From IMG/VR virus record IMGVR_UViG_3300009502_000041, positions 10,271 to 74,270 of that record: DNA of 64,000 nt; one strand, given 5' to 3'. The notes below the pieces were generated by a model, which was not told the origin of the DNA, made no database searches, and saw only the letters and a list, made by a program, of their open reading frames with translations. Positions 1 to 9,827 of the stretch are shown here, in pieces (within the stretch, counting starts at the first letter, position 1; the number at the start of each line of letters is the position of its first letter). The position numbers were made by a program, and so were the translations under genes. This DNA is from a virus.

Positions 1-1158
1 GATCTTTACCTGATTACATGGAATGCTCAACGCAAAATTTCCATTATTATCTACATACTTATAATAATCACTATCAAACAATTCAACAATGTCAGTATCT
101 GGATCAAAATTAGAGAGTAATTGTAAATCACCGTTAGAATCTATTTGTATATTTGGAGAGCTTGGTAAAATCGAAAATACCTTAATCTCTATTGGTGCAA
201 CTCTATTAACACGAATATCAATATTACCATAATTTGAATATAGTGGAATACCAGCGGTAGAATCCAATGAATAAGACATTGCATAAAAGCCTCTGTTTGT
301 TCTTGAAACATTTGGATTGCCAAACATTGCCATTTGACCCATTGTCATTGAAGTACCAAATATCACAAAATTTGATTCAATATTTGCACGAACCCTAAAA
401 TCTTGACGTGTAATGCCAATTTCAAAATTTGTTATATCCCCCCAAAAAGGAAATATATTTACGTCAATTTCTTGTGTTTCAATGTTAGGCAAATCGTTTA
501 AATCTTGACTTGGTTTTATTTCATTTCCATTTTTTGTAAATAAATTTGCAGGATAACCTGCAGTAATCATACTCTGTGGTGACATTGAATATTTTCCTAT
601 GTCCGTAATATCTACACTCATATGCACGGTTTGTGTTCCTACAGGCACACCAAAAATCATATAATCGCCATTATCATTAGTTAGTGCAGTATATTTATAA
701 TATTTTTTATATACATCAAGGAATGGTTGATTAGACACAAGTTCAGGTTTAATTAAAAATGATCCAAATGGTTGTGCTGGTTTATATGTGCCCACATTAG
801 TATCATATTGAGATACACGTGGTAGTAAATTATATCTTTTTCCTTCATTATTTGTATCTCTAGGTGTTGTATAAGGATAAATGCTAGTTATTTCCCCATC
901 ATTAGCATCACTATCTGTTAAAGGGATAAATACACTTATTTTAGTATTTGGTATACCAACACCACCATTAGCAAGTACCCTTCCAATTAGAACACCATAA
1001 TCTGAATTAAAATTTTGATATGCATCATTTGCATCTAATTTCATTGTAAGAAATTCAAGAGTATCAACATCTTGCTCAAGTTTTATTTTGATGTGCATAT
1101 CCAGCCCAACATTGCTCGTATTCCCCGTTCCCAAATAAATTCTTTGCGATTTGTTCAT
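1..1158 (-). CDS. Partial large phage protein, probably structural; runs off the window start and is absent from the ORF track
   Basis: ATG at 1158, open to the window edge (MNKSQRIYLGTGNTS...YGVLIGRVLANGGVGIPNTKISVFIP...TNDNGDYMIFGVPVG, beta-sandwich/carboxypeptidase-regulatory-like signature); GTATTTAT motif 16 nt upstream. Confidence 0.75.
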   Translation of the reverse strand, partial: MNKSQRIYLGTGNTSNVGLDMHIKIKLEQDVDTLEFLTMKLDANDAYQNFNSDYGVLIGRVLANGGVGIPNTKISVFIPLTDSDANDGEITSIYPYTTPRDTNNEGKRYNLLPRVSQYDTNVGTYKPAQPFGSFLIKPELVSNQPFLDVYKKYYKYTALTNDNGDYMIFGVPVGTQTVHMSVDITDIGKYSMSPQSMITAGYPANLFTKNGNEIKPSQDLNDLPNIETQEIDVNIFPFWGDITNFEIGITRQDFRVRANIESNFVIFGTSMTMGQMAMFGNPNVSRTNRGFYAMSYSLDSTAGIPLYSNYGNIDIRVNRVAPIEIKVFSILPSSPNIQIDSNGDLQLLSNFDPDTDIVELFDSDYYKYVDNNGNFALSIPCNQVKI

Positions 1159-1450
1159 ATTCAAATATTTTTTATAAATACTAAACCAAAGGAAATCTTA
1201 TTAATAGAAATTATTTTTAAAATAATTTTTCGTGTTTTTTTAAAAATTTAAACATAAATAATCCAAATTTTTAAAAATTTGAATATAAAAAATCTAAAAT
1301 TCTTAAAATTTGGGTTTATAGGGAAGAGCAACTGACTTATAATAATACACCTCACGTTCCTTTTGAAATATTTTTTAGTATTTATTGAAAACAACAATTA
1401 AATGGTTTCTGAAAATAAAATAATAATAAAAAACATTAATAATTAACAAA

Positions 1451-4279
1451 ATGACAGAATTTGTATTTACTTCCCCGGGGGTTAAATTTCGTGAACGTGA
1501 TTTATCATACGTGGTCCGCTCGGTTGGAATAACGACACTTGGTGGTGTTGGTGAAACACTTAAAGGACCAGCCTTTGAGCCTATTTACATTCAAGATAAA
1601 ACACAATTCTCACAAAGATTTGGTGCGCAGAGTGTAGCTAGATTATCCAATGGGAATCCCCAATATCAATTACCTTATGTAGCTAACGCATATTTAGAAG
1701 AATCTAATCAAATGTGGATAACAAGAATATTAGGTTTAAGTGGATATGATGCGGGTAAAGCATGGGCAATTACTTTAGAAGCGGGTGTTGATCCGATAAC
1801 AGTATCTGCAACAACGGCAACAACTTTTACCAATGTGCCGTTTATCAACTATTCATATCTTGGTGTTGGGATACAGGCAGTCGGTAACACTGGTGTGACA
1901 TTTTTAGGGTTTGATAAAATAAGTGCAACTAATTTTACGGGTAGGTCATATAATTTTATTGTCACATCATATACAGCAGCTACAGGTGCTGGTAATGTAA
2001 GTGGTCACACAACAGTATTGGTAGGTACTGAATACACTGCATATAAGAACATGGTATTAGCAAAAGTTAGAAGTAGAGGTACTACTTATGATCACGTAAA
2101 TTTACCAACATCAGTTAAATGGAATATAAAAGATTTAACACTTCCACTTTCAGGCAATACAACCACATTGGGTACGGGTAATTTATTTGGTACATTTAAA
2201 TTGATTACAACAAGTGGTTTAACAACACAATCATATGTGGTATCATTAAATCCTGATGCAAGCAGTTTTTTACCAAACGTAATTGGTTTAGAGTCTAAAG
2301 ATAAAACAACTAAAATTTGGACAGAAGCCGTGTATCCAGACCTAATTAAAAAACTTGATGGTGATGGTGATACATATCCAACAGGATTAACTAAATATGG
2401 AATATCTGGAGTTGCACCATATGCATTTGGGGTTAGTAGTGATTTAATTAAATGTGAATCCAGCTTTTTTGGTAACTATAAAACACAATTTAAAACCCCT
2501 GAAACCCCTTGGATTGTATCACAATTAAAAGGTAATAAAGTAAGTAGATTAGCTAAATTTATTAGTATTTCGGATGGTAATGCAGCAAATCAAGAAATTA
2601 AAGTTAGTATTGCTAACATCAATCCTCTAACATATGAGTTTGATGTGCTTGTTCGTGATTTTAATGATACTGATGATAATGTTAATCTTTTGGAATCATT
2701 TACGAAATGTACAATGATTATTGGACAAAATAATTACATTGGACAGCGCATTGGTACTTCAGATGGTGAATATGACCTTCAAAGTAAATATATTATGGTT
2801 GAGGTAGGTACAGATATTGCGGTAGGGGATTTTCCTGCTGGTTTCGAAGGCTATTCCTTTAATAACTATGCTGTTTCTGCAACCACTACTGGGAATACGG
2901 CAGGAATTATTGCAGGTATTACTCCAAAGATTTTTTACAAAACTCAATACAATACAGATGAAAGAGTAAAAAAAGTATATTTAGGTATTTCTGAAAATGC
3001 TTATGATGCATCCAATGTTATTGGAACTGGGATTAATCAGAATTTCTTTAATTTTAATGGTCAGGAAAGTACTGGTAGTCACATTAAAACAATAGGATTT
3101 CACATGGATAAATATGCAACAGGCATTACCGAAAATGGGTATGATTTTGATTGTGGTAATGGTAAATTTCAAGTTGCAGATGATGTTCTTGATCCAACAT
3201 TGACATATTATGACATTAACACAAGAAAATTCACATTAGTCCCTGCGGGCGGTTTTGATGGTTGGGATGTAAATAGGGGTGTTGATGGAGTTGGTTATAC
3301 TCGCTCATATAGTGATAATTATAGCCTTAATAAAATTTGGGACGGGGTTAATCCTAATGGCAGTCCCATGAATGATTTTCAAGCATGGCAAACAGCAATT
3401 AATACTTTCTCAAATCCTGAAGAAGTTACAATTAACGTATTTGTTACACCGGGTATTAATTGGTCAGATCAAAATATTTTAATTCAAAATACAATTGAAA
3501 TGATTGAACAGCAAAGAACCGATACCCTATACGTTATAGATGCGCCAGATATTGACATTCCCGTGACAATCGGTGATGGAGGTAAGTCAGATGTTATAGC
3601 AGCGCAAGGAGTTGTTGATTTAATTAACACATCAAGTATTGATTCAAGCTATTCTTGTACATATTTTCCTTGGATTCAAATGAGGGATACTCAAAATAAT
3701 GTTAATATGTACATTCCACCAACAGGTGAAGTTGTAAAAGCAATGGCATTTACTGATAATACTTCATTTCCTTGGTTTGCTCCAGCTGGTTTAAATCGTG
3801 GTGTAACAGGTGCAAGAAAATCTAAATATAAATTATCACTTGAGGCTCGTGATATTCTTTATGCGGGTAGAATTAATCCAATGGCTGACTTTGCTGATTC
3901 TGGAACTGCAATCTTTGGACAAAAAACACTTCAGGTTAAAGAAAGTGCACTTGACAGAATAAATGTTCGTAGATTATTACTTCAAATTAAAGTACTTATT
4001 GCAAACATTGCAATCAGACTAGTGTTTGAACAAAACGACCAAGCAACTATTGATCAATTTTTAGCTAAAGCAACTCCTGTTCTCGATACAATTAAAAGAG
4101 AAAGGGGATTACAAGATTTTAGAATTAAAATGGATAGTAGTAATAATACACCTGAGACAATGGATAGAAATGAGCTTTATGGCGAAATCTTCTTAAAACC
4201 AACACGTGCAGTTGAATTCATTGGAATTACTTTCACAATAACACCTTCAGGAGCATCATTTGCAGATGTTGGTGCATAA
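1451..4279 (+). CDS. Tail sheath protein (T4 gp18-like)
   Basis: N-terminal SPGV..RERD; C-terminal PWFAPAGLNRG, IFGQKTLQ, LDRINVRRLL, FEQND, KPTRAVEFI sheath motifs. Confidence 0.96.
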   Translation: MTEFVFTSPGVKFRERDLSYVVRSVGITTLGGVGETLKGPAFEPIYIQDKTQFSQRFGAQSVARLSNGNPQYQLPYVANAYLEESNQMWITRILGLSGYDAGKAWAITLEAGVDPITVSATTATTFTNVPFINYSYLGVGIQAVGNTGVTFLGFDKISATNFTGRSYNFIVTSYTAATGAGNVSGHTTVLVGTEYTAYKNMVLAKVRSRGTTYDHVNLPTSVKWNIKDLTLPLSGNTTTLGTGNLFGTFKLITTSGLTTQSYVVSLNPDASSFLPNVIGLESKDKTTKIWTEAVYPDLIKKLDGDGDTYPTGLTKYGISGVAPYAFGVSSDLIKCESSFFGNYKTQFKTPETPWIVSQLKGNKVSRLAKFISISDGNAANQEIKVSIANINPLTYEFDVLVRDFNDTDDNVNLLESFTKCTMIIGQNNYIGQRIGTSDGEYDLQSKYIMVEVGTDIAVGDFPAGFEGYSFNNYAVSATTTGNTAGIIAGITPKIFYKTQYNTDERVKKVYLGISENAYDASNVIGTGINQNFFNFNGQESTGSHIKTIGFHMDKYATGITENGYDFDCGNGKFQVADDVLDPTLTYYDINTRKFTLVPAGGFDGWDVNRGVDGVGYTRSYSDNYSLNKIWDGVNPNGSPMNDFQAWQTAINTFSNPEEVTINVFVTPGINWSDQNILIQNTIEMIEQQRTDTLYVIDAPDIDIPVTIGDGGKSDVIAAQGVVDLINTSSIDSSYSCTYFPWIQMRDTQNNVNMYIPPTGEVVKAMAFTDNTSFPWFAPAGLNRGVTGARKSKYKLSLEARDILYAGRINPMADFADSGTAIFGQKTLQVKESALDRINVRRLLLQIKVLIANIAIRLVFEQNDQATIDQFLAKATPVLDTIKRERGLQDFRIKMDSSNNTPETMDRNELYGEIFLKPTRAVEFIGITFTITPSGASFADVGA

Positions 4280-4297
4280 ATAACATCTAATAGATTT

Positions 4298-4333
4298 AAA
4301 AAGCCGTTAATTTAGTTATTAACGGCTTTTTTT
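4298..4333 (+). terminator. Intrinsic terminator after the sheath gene
   Basis: AAAAAGCCGTTAAT-6 nt loop-ATTAACGGCTTTTTTT. Confidence 0.85.
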
Positions 4334-4397
4334 ATTGAAATCAAGTATTTGTATTTGCAAGACCGACTTAGTTGGTTAAATATAAAATACTTCAATT

Positions 4398-4713
4398 ATG
4401 GCAACAATTGTTAATTTAATTTGTAAAGAATGTGGAATTTCGTTTAATGTGAAAAAGGGTAATGAAAAAATGTTTTGCTCAAAAAAATGTAAATCAGATA
4501 ACCGACATAAGATAGATGAAATATATTTTATTGAAAAAGATTGTAAATGCTGTAGTAAAACATTTAGATCAAAAATAAAAGAAAATAAAATTTTTTGTTC
4601 TTATAAATGTGCTGGTCAATACAAATAAAACAGAACATCAAATTATGTTAGAAAGAAAAATACTTAGAATATATGATTGTGGAAACATTAAATATATTGA
4701 TATATGCATTTAA
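4398..4713 (+). pseudogene. Internally deleted homing endonuclease remnant (Zn-finger N-terminus plus Hef-like C-terminal tail)
   Basis: 4398-4628 encodes two CxxC...FCSxKC repeats; another frame at 4624-4713 reads KTEHQIMLERKILRIYDCGNIKY, matching the IYDCG/IFDCG ends of the intact nucleases at 5785 and 18970. Confidence 0.75.
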
Positions 4714-4745
4714 TAAAAATTCTACCAATTGGTAGAATTTTTATT
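4712..4745. terminator. 34-bp perfect palindrome, probable bidirectional terminator
   Basis: AATAAAAATTCTACCAATTGGTAGAATTTTTATT is its own reverse complement. Confidence 0.65.
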
Positions 4746-4789
4746 TTAAAATTAAGTATTTATTAATAAAAAATAGAGAATAAAATAAA

Positions 4790-5134
4790 ATGACTAAAAT
4801 AAAAAAATTTATGAATAAAAAATTGGTTGAGAACAATGAATTTAATAAAGATATGATAGAAGAAGTTTATGAAACTATTGATGCGCCTATCGAACAAACA
4901 TTAAACGAACAAAACTATTTTCTCGGTCAAACTGATGTTGAATCGGTAGATATAGACGTTCTTCCTGAAGAGCCAATTGAAGAGATTATTGATTCATATC
5001 AAGATGATGTGGTTGTAGATGAAATTAGTGTTCCAGTTTTTGTTTTTGAAGAAGAGCCGTTTATGAAAACAATTGAGGATTTAACATATAGTGAATTAAA
5101 ATTGTTAAAAAGAACGGGTGCAATGCCCAAATAA
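4790..5134 (+). CDS. Hypothetical acidic protein
   Basis: ORF with GTATTTAT motif upstream at 4756; no family recognised. Confidence 0.7.
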   Translation: MTKIKKFMNKKLVENNEFNKDMIEEVYETIDAPIEQTLNEQNYFLGQTDVESVDIDVLPEEPIEEIIDSYQDDVVVDEISVPVFVFEEEPFMKTIEDLTYSELKLLKRTGAMPK

Positions 5135-5214
5135 AAAATTTTATTATAAATTTTAATCGTAACAGTATTTATGATAAAATAAAAATAACAAAACAAAATT
5201 TAACAAATAACAAC

Positions 5215-5706
5215 ATGGCAGGAGAAATGATAAGGGGGATTCCATTTGAATACGAACCAAAAAGAGTTAATAGATTCTTTGCGGAATTCGCAAATGAATT
5301 GGGAATAGAAGTTTGGAAAGTACAAAAGTTCAAAAGACCTTCAATGAAAATCAATTCAGTACAAATTGATTATATGAACGAAAGAAATTATGTTGCAGGT
5401 AGATATAATTGGGAAACAATGAGCGTTACATTTATTGATCCAATCGGTCCGTCCACCTCACAACAACTTATGGAATGGGTTCGTTTACACGCAGAATCAC
5501 TTACAGGAAGAATGGGCTACGCTGCAGGATATAAAAAGAATATTCTACTAAAAGCATTGGACCCAACAGGGGTTGAGGTTGAAAAATGGTTCTTGGAACA
5601 ATGCATGATTACCTCAATTGATTTTGGTGATAATGATCATGGAAGTGATGAATTAACAAATATTACTTTGGAGTTGCAGCCGTGGAGGTGCATATTAAAC
5701 ATGTAA
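5215..5706 (+). CDS. Tail tube protein (T4 gp19-like)
   Basis: EPKRVNRF, YVAGRYNWETMSVTFIDPI, QQLMEW, YKKNILLKALDPTG..VEKW; lies downstream of the sheath. Confidence 0.93.
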   Translation: MAGEMIRGIPFEYEPKRVNRFFAEFANELGIEVWKVQKFKRPSMKINSVQIDYMNERNYVAGRYNWETMSVTFIDPIGPSTSQQLMEWVRLHAESLTGRMGYAAGYKKNILLKALDPTGVEVEKWFLEQCMITSIDFGDNDHGSDELTNITLELQPWRCILNM

Positions 5707-5736
5707 TCAGACACTTACAAATAAGTTAATAAAATT

Positions 5737-5775
5737 AAACAAACCACAAATAATTTATATATTTGTGGTTTGTTT
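5737..5775 (+). terminator. Hairpin/terminator after the tube gene; overlaps a TATATTTG host-type promoter element
   Basis: AAACAAACCACAAATA-loop-TATTTGTGGTTTGTTT. Confidence 0.75.
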
Positions 5776-5784
5776 TTATATATT

Positions 5785-7281
5785 ATGAATAAATCAGAAT
5801 TGCAAGAATATTTTTTATCAAATAATAAGTCTGGTCATAAAACCAACGAAAGGTGGTTGTCGGTTAACAATACCTTGTTGTATAACGAAATTGTTGATAA
5901 ATATAAAAGCATTGTAGCCACTTTTAGTGAGAAAGTATGTCTATATGTTAATGGTTTAAATGATGTTCCTAAATGTCCTAATTGTGACAAGAACGTAAAA
6001 TACAACGGTACTCTTCGTAAGGGATATAATAAATATTGCTCGATTAAATGTCTAAATTCATCTGAAGAACATAAAAAATTGATAATAGCCTCTAATAATC
6101 TTAAGTACGGTGTTGATAGTCATAACCAAACAGAGTTGGTTAAATATAAGAAGAAAGAAACTTCATTAAAAAATTACGGTGTTGATAATCCAATGAAGTG
6201 TAATAAAATTTCGTTAAAACAAAAAACAACTTTACTTGATAAATATAACGTTACTAACCCAATGAACATTGGTTCGGTTATTAACAATAGAATAGACAAT
6301 GTTATTAACGGAACTGAGCTTAATATTCAAAGAATGTTAAACAGGATAACAGATACAAGCATTAAATTCATAAAACACGATAGTAATAAAAATGTGTTTT
6401 TTCATTGTAATAAGTGTAATGCCGACTTTAATTTAAATAGCAACTTATTAACATCAAGAATAGCAAACAATACGACAATATGTACAAACTGTAATAAAAA
6501 CAAATCATATAGTAACATTTTGCTACAATTAACCACATTCTTAGATTCAATTAACATTAATTATATTATTAATGATAGGAAAATATTAAAAGGCAAAGAA
6601 CTTGATATCTATCTTCCTGATCATAAATTAGGAATTGAGATTAATGGTTTGTATTGGCACAGCAATAAATATAAAAGAAATAATTATCATTTAAATAAAA
6701 CAAAATTGTGTGATGCCAATGGCGTGAAACTTTTACATTTTTTTGAAGATGAAATATTGGGTAAAATAGATGTTGTTAAAAAGATAATATTAAATAAAAT
6801 CAATGATAAAATAGAAGAAAATATTTATATTATTAAAGAAGTTAATAATATTGAGCTAACGAACAAATTTTTATTAGAAAACACTTTAAGTCTTAATGAT
6901 TATTCTGACATTAAAATAGGTGCTTTTAAAAATGATAATTTAGTTTCGTTAATGCAATTTAATAAAAGTAAAAGCATTGACGAATATAAATTATCTGGAT
7001 TAAATATAGAGAATTGTGCCGAACACACATTAAGATATTTTATCGATAATTATTCGCCAAAATCAATAATAGTTTTTAATGACAGAAGGTTTTTAAATAA
7101 TATTTATGAAAACTTGGGGTTTAAAATTATTAAAAATACGAAACCTAAATATCGCTATATTATATCTGGAAAGTTTAAAAGGTATTTACGATCTGAATTG
7201 ACTGAAACCGAATTAAAATCCAATGGTTTGCATAAAATTTATGATTGTGGTTCGGTTAAGATGAAATTAACAATTAATTAG
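5785..7281 (+). CDS. Hef-like free-standing homing endonuclease (Zn ribbon, KYGV repeats, Vsr/PD-(D/E)XK domain)
   Basis: CPNC...YCSIKC, KYGV/NYGV repeats, ELDIYLPDHKLGIEINGLYWHS, C-terminal IYDCG; first ATG at 5785. Confidence 0.85.
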   Translation: MNKSELQEYFLSNNKSGHKTNERWLSVNNTLLYNEIVDKYKSIVATFSEKVCLYVNGLNDVPKCPNCDKNVKYNGTLRKGYNKYCSIKCLNSSEEHKKLIIASNNLKYGVDSHNQTELVKYKKKETSLKNYGVDNPMKCNKISLKQKTTLLDKYNVTNPMNIGSVINNRIDNVINGTELNIQRMLNRITDTSIKFIKHDSNKNVFFHCNKCNADFNLNSNLLTSRIANNTTICTNCNKNKSYSNILLQLTTFLDSININYIINDRKILKGKELDIYLPDHKLGIEINGLYWHSNKYKRNNYHLNKTKLCDANGVKLLHFFEDEILGKIDVVKKIILNKINDKIEENIYIIKEVNNIELTNKFLLENTLSLNDYSDIKIGAFKNDNLVSLMQFNKSKSIDEYKLSGLNIENCAEHTLRYFIDNYSPKSIIVFNDRRFLNNIYENLGFKIIKNTKPKYRYIISGKFKRYLRSELTETELKSNGLHKIYDCGSVKMKLTIN

Positions 7282-7295
7282 CTTTTAGTTGACAT

Positions 7296-8087
7296 TTACT
7301 CTGCAATCTCTTTCATTCTTTTACTTAAAATCTGCTTAACGTAATATTCTCTATTTTTAGTTTCAATAATTTTATAATTATCATTATTATGTGAAAACCA
7401 GACCAAGTAAGATTTTCCTAACTTTATAGGTACATTTTTTTCAATGATTTGCTTATATAATTCTAACTGTAAGGAATATATTTCCAAGTCAGATTCTTCA
7501 AGCATATATAATTCGTCTTTTAAATGTCTAGATTTACACTCAGCAGTAAAATCTTTGTTAGTTTTATAATCCCAAATCTGAAATTCATTGGCTTTCACAT
7601 TATAAAATAAAATATCCAACATTCCACCAATATTTGTCTCCTTATCATAAATAACAAATTCGGTTCTAACTGGAATTAATTTACCTTGAACATCAGCATA
7701 AAAATTATCAACATGTTGTTTTGTTGTTCTGTATTCTTCCCATATTGGGTCAAATCCAAATTCATTTAATATTGTTTGTTTGGGATATTCGAATTTTTTA
7801 TTTTGGAAAAGATTTTCTGCATAATCATGAATTGCAGAACCTTTGATTGTTCCTTTTTTATTAATGAAGTTCCATGCCCTTAATATTTCAGAAGGTTTGA
7901 GATTAAGTTGATTTCCTTTATATTCTGACCAATATTCCCCATTAAATTCCTCTTGATATTTATGAATCAATGTTGTAACCGAAATAAATTCTTCGTTTTT
8001 AACATAATATTTATGAAATTCATCATAAAATGTTACATCGTTAAATGCGGTAAACAATTCGCTGGGTATATCTATTGAAATTTTCAT
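7296..8087 (-). CDS. PD-(D/E)XK exonuclease (Cas4/YqaJ-like)
   Basis: HKYY..SVTT, GSAIHDYAE, E...GGMLD...IWDYKT, YSLQLELY motifs. Confidence 0.85.
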   Translation of the reverse strand: MKISIDIPSELFTAFNDVTFYDEFHKYYVKNEEFISVTTLIHKYQEEFNGEYWSEYKGNQLNLKPSEILRAWNFINKKGTIKGSAIHDYAENLFQNKKFEYPKQTILNEFGFDPIWEEYRTTKQHVDNFYADVQGKLIPVRTEFVIYDKETNIGGMLDILFYNVKANEFQIWDYKTNKDFTAECKSRHLKDELYMLEESDLEIYSLQLELYKQIIEKNVPIKLGKSYLVWFSHNNDNYKIIETKNREYYVKQILSKRMKEIAE

Positions 8088-8107
8088 TATGCAAACTTAC
8101 AAAAAAA

Positions 8108-9007
8108 TTAATTAATTACAATATTTTTTTGTAAGATTGAATCGAAATTAATTTTTTCTAAATTATTAACAAGCGCATCTTTATCCGCAGGCAATCCAGA
8201 ATATCCATGAATATGGCTTATTATTACATTACGCATGATATTTAGCGCCTCAGCAAGAACATCGCCCCTTACCATTGGGTGTCCTTCGGCAAAAATTCTT
8301 TCTCTATCTTTTTGCACTAAACGTGCTGGTTTAAATTGTGGTGTTCCTTCATGTGAAATTAATGCAATTTTATCACTCATTACAATTGTGCTACTCTGAT
8401 ATGCAGAAACGGTAGCATTAGCAGCACCAGTTTTTGCTTCATAAACAAGACTAATTTCTGCAGGATTTTTTGTGTTAAGTTTTAATATATTGTCATTCTC
8501 ATGTTTTCCAGCTCTAATATGTACCTCATTTATGCGCAATATGACATCAGTATTTATTTTACCAACGATTGCCACATCGGTTTTAAGAGGAAATACGCCA
8601 ATTGCATCAGGATATGTAGATGCTGCTGGTTCTGGTATAGTAAGTGCCACATTGGTCGTTGAAAAGGCAGTGTATATTGAATCGAACCCAATTCTTTGTG
8701 GTTGTGATATAACACTCCCAAGCCAAAATCTACTTCTTTCAGGATATTTAATATCTTCAATAAACACCCTAACCATTTCGCCAACCTGTGGATAAAGATG
8801 AAAAAACTTTGGGAGCAATGGATAACAATAAGGCAAATCAGCATTAGATGTTTTGTTATCCAACCCCAATATTTTAACCTGAATTCTTCCACCATCAGTT
8901 GAATCCTCAATAGATATTACTTCACCATAATAAATTGTTCTGGTTGGTTGAATATTATCCTCTCTTTTAAAAGGATTACTAGTTTGTATTATTGGCTTGT
9001 CAAACAT
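8108..9007 (-). CDS. Baseplate central spike, gp5/gpV-like OB-fold protein
   Basis: GEVISIEDSTDGGRIQVKI, PLLP, PQVGEMVRVF, RFWLG OB-fold motifs; C-terminal HxH (SHIHG) typical of metal-tipped spikes. Confidence 0.8.
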   Translation of the reverse strand: MFDKPIIQTSNPFKREDNIQPTRTIYYGEVISIEDSTDGGRIQVKILGLDNKTSNADLPYCYPLLPKFFHLYPQVGEMVRVFIEDIKYPERSRFWLGSVISQPQRIGFDSIYTAFSTTNVALTIPEPAASTYPDAIGVFPLKTDVAIVGKINTDVILRINEVHIRAGKHENDNILKLNTKNPAEISLVYEAKTGAANATVSAYQSSTIVMSDKIALISHEGTPQFKPARLVQKDRERIFAEGHPMVRGDVLAEALNIMRNVIISHIHGYSGLPADKDALVNNLEKINFDSILQKNIVIN

Positions 9008-9213
9008 TATCTATTTGTTGTTTCTTCTATTAATGCAATATAATTTTTTTCAATTTTATCTAATATTTCAATTTTATCATTAATTATTCTATCAAGATTG
9101 TCAATTTCGTAACTATGATCAATAATTTCTTGTTTTAGCTCATCATGCTTTTCTTTAATATCATTAATCATTTTATTTAACTCAATTAATGTGTATTTAC
9201 TTAAATCTTCCAT
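9007..9213 (-). CDS. Hypothetical coiled-coil protein
   Basis: ORF with TAATG stop/start coupling to both neighbours. Confidence 0.7.
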   Translation of the reverse strand: MEDLSKYTLIELNKMINDIKEKHDELKQEIIDHSYEIDNLDRIINDKIEILDKIEKNYIALIEETTNR

Positions 9214-9620
9214 TATTGTATTACCCCAAATCCTTTAATATATGTAATTGTTGACCCAAACACACTAACAGGACCTGTTGGAGAAATACCGAAAGCAGAT
9301 ACTGCCATCCCGGGCGGTATTCCTACACTAATAACAGCATCTTGCTGAAAAGCATTCACGATTTCCTCAATAGCAATCCTCCACATCTTTTCATCGGGAT
9401 TAATTGCTCCCGATGGTAATGCACCAACAGGTAAACCCGCCTCACTCTTTCTCGCTATTATATTTGAGGCAATTTTTGTTGGTGATAATCCTGTACGTTG
9501 AGGAACACCTGTTAAAATAAGTGGAACTGGAATTTGTGGCGGAACACCAATAGACGATAATTGTAATATTTTATCAAAACCGTCAATAATCGATTCGGGA
9601 CTATTAAAATCAATTGCCAT
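9213..9620 (-). CDS. Hypothetical protein, probably baseplate-associated
   Basis: Coupled ORF in the same operon as the spike gene. Confidence 0.7.
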   Translation of the reverse strand: MAIDFNSPESIIDGFDKILQLSSIGVPPQIPVPLILTGVPQRTGLSPTKIASNIIARKSEAGLPVGALPSGAINPDEKMWRIAIEEIVNAFQQDAVISVGIPPGMAVSAFGISPTGPVSVFGSTITYIKGFGVIQ

Positions 9621-9795
9621 TTTTGTTTTCCTTTAATTCTTTAATGCCTATCCATTTCCAGCCTAAGAATAATCTTGTGGCAAATCTTCTAAACCAATTT
9701 GGTTTAATTGAAGTTGCCAATTGTGTTCCATTTATATCTTTATCAATAAGATATACGCCCAGAAATTTCTTATTTATTTTTTGATCTACTATCAT
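9610..9795 (-). CDS. Hypothetical small protein
   Basis: 61-aa ORF overlapping the next start; KPNWFRRF..LFLGWKW. Confidence 0.6.
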   Translation of the reverse strand: MIVDQKINKKFLGVYLIDKDINGTQLATSIKPNWFRRFATRLFLGWKWIGIKELKENKNGN

Positions 9796-9827
9796 AACAT
9801 ATAATTTAAATTATTAATTTTTATTAT

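Noticed and set aside
1200-1370. AT-rich inverted repeats in the divergent region upstream of the sheath gene (possible origin)
   Set aside because: The repeats are nearly all A/T and expected at this base composition; the region is adequately explained as a divergent promoter
7296-8087. Cas4-like nuclease as a sign of a CRISPR system
   Set aside because: No Fe-S cysteine cluster, array or other cas genes; stand-alone PD-(D/E)XK exonucleases are common in phages
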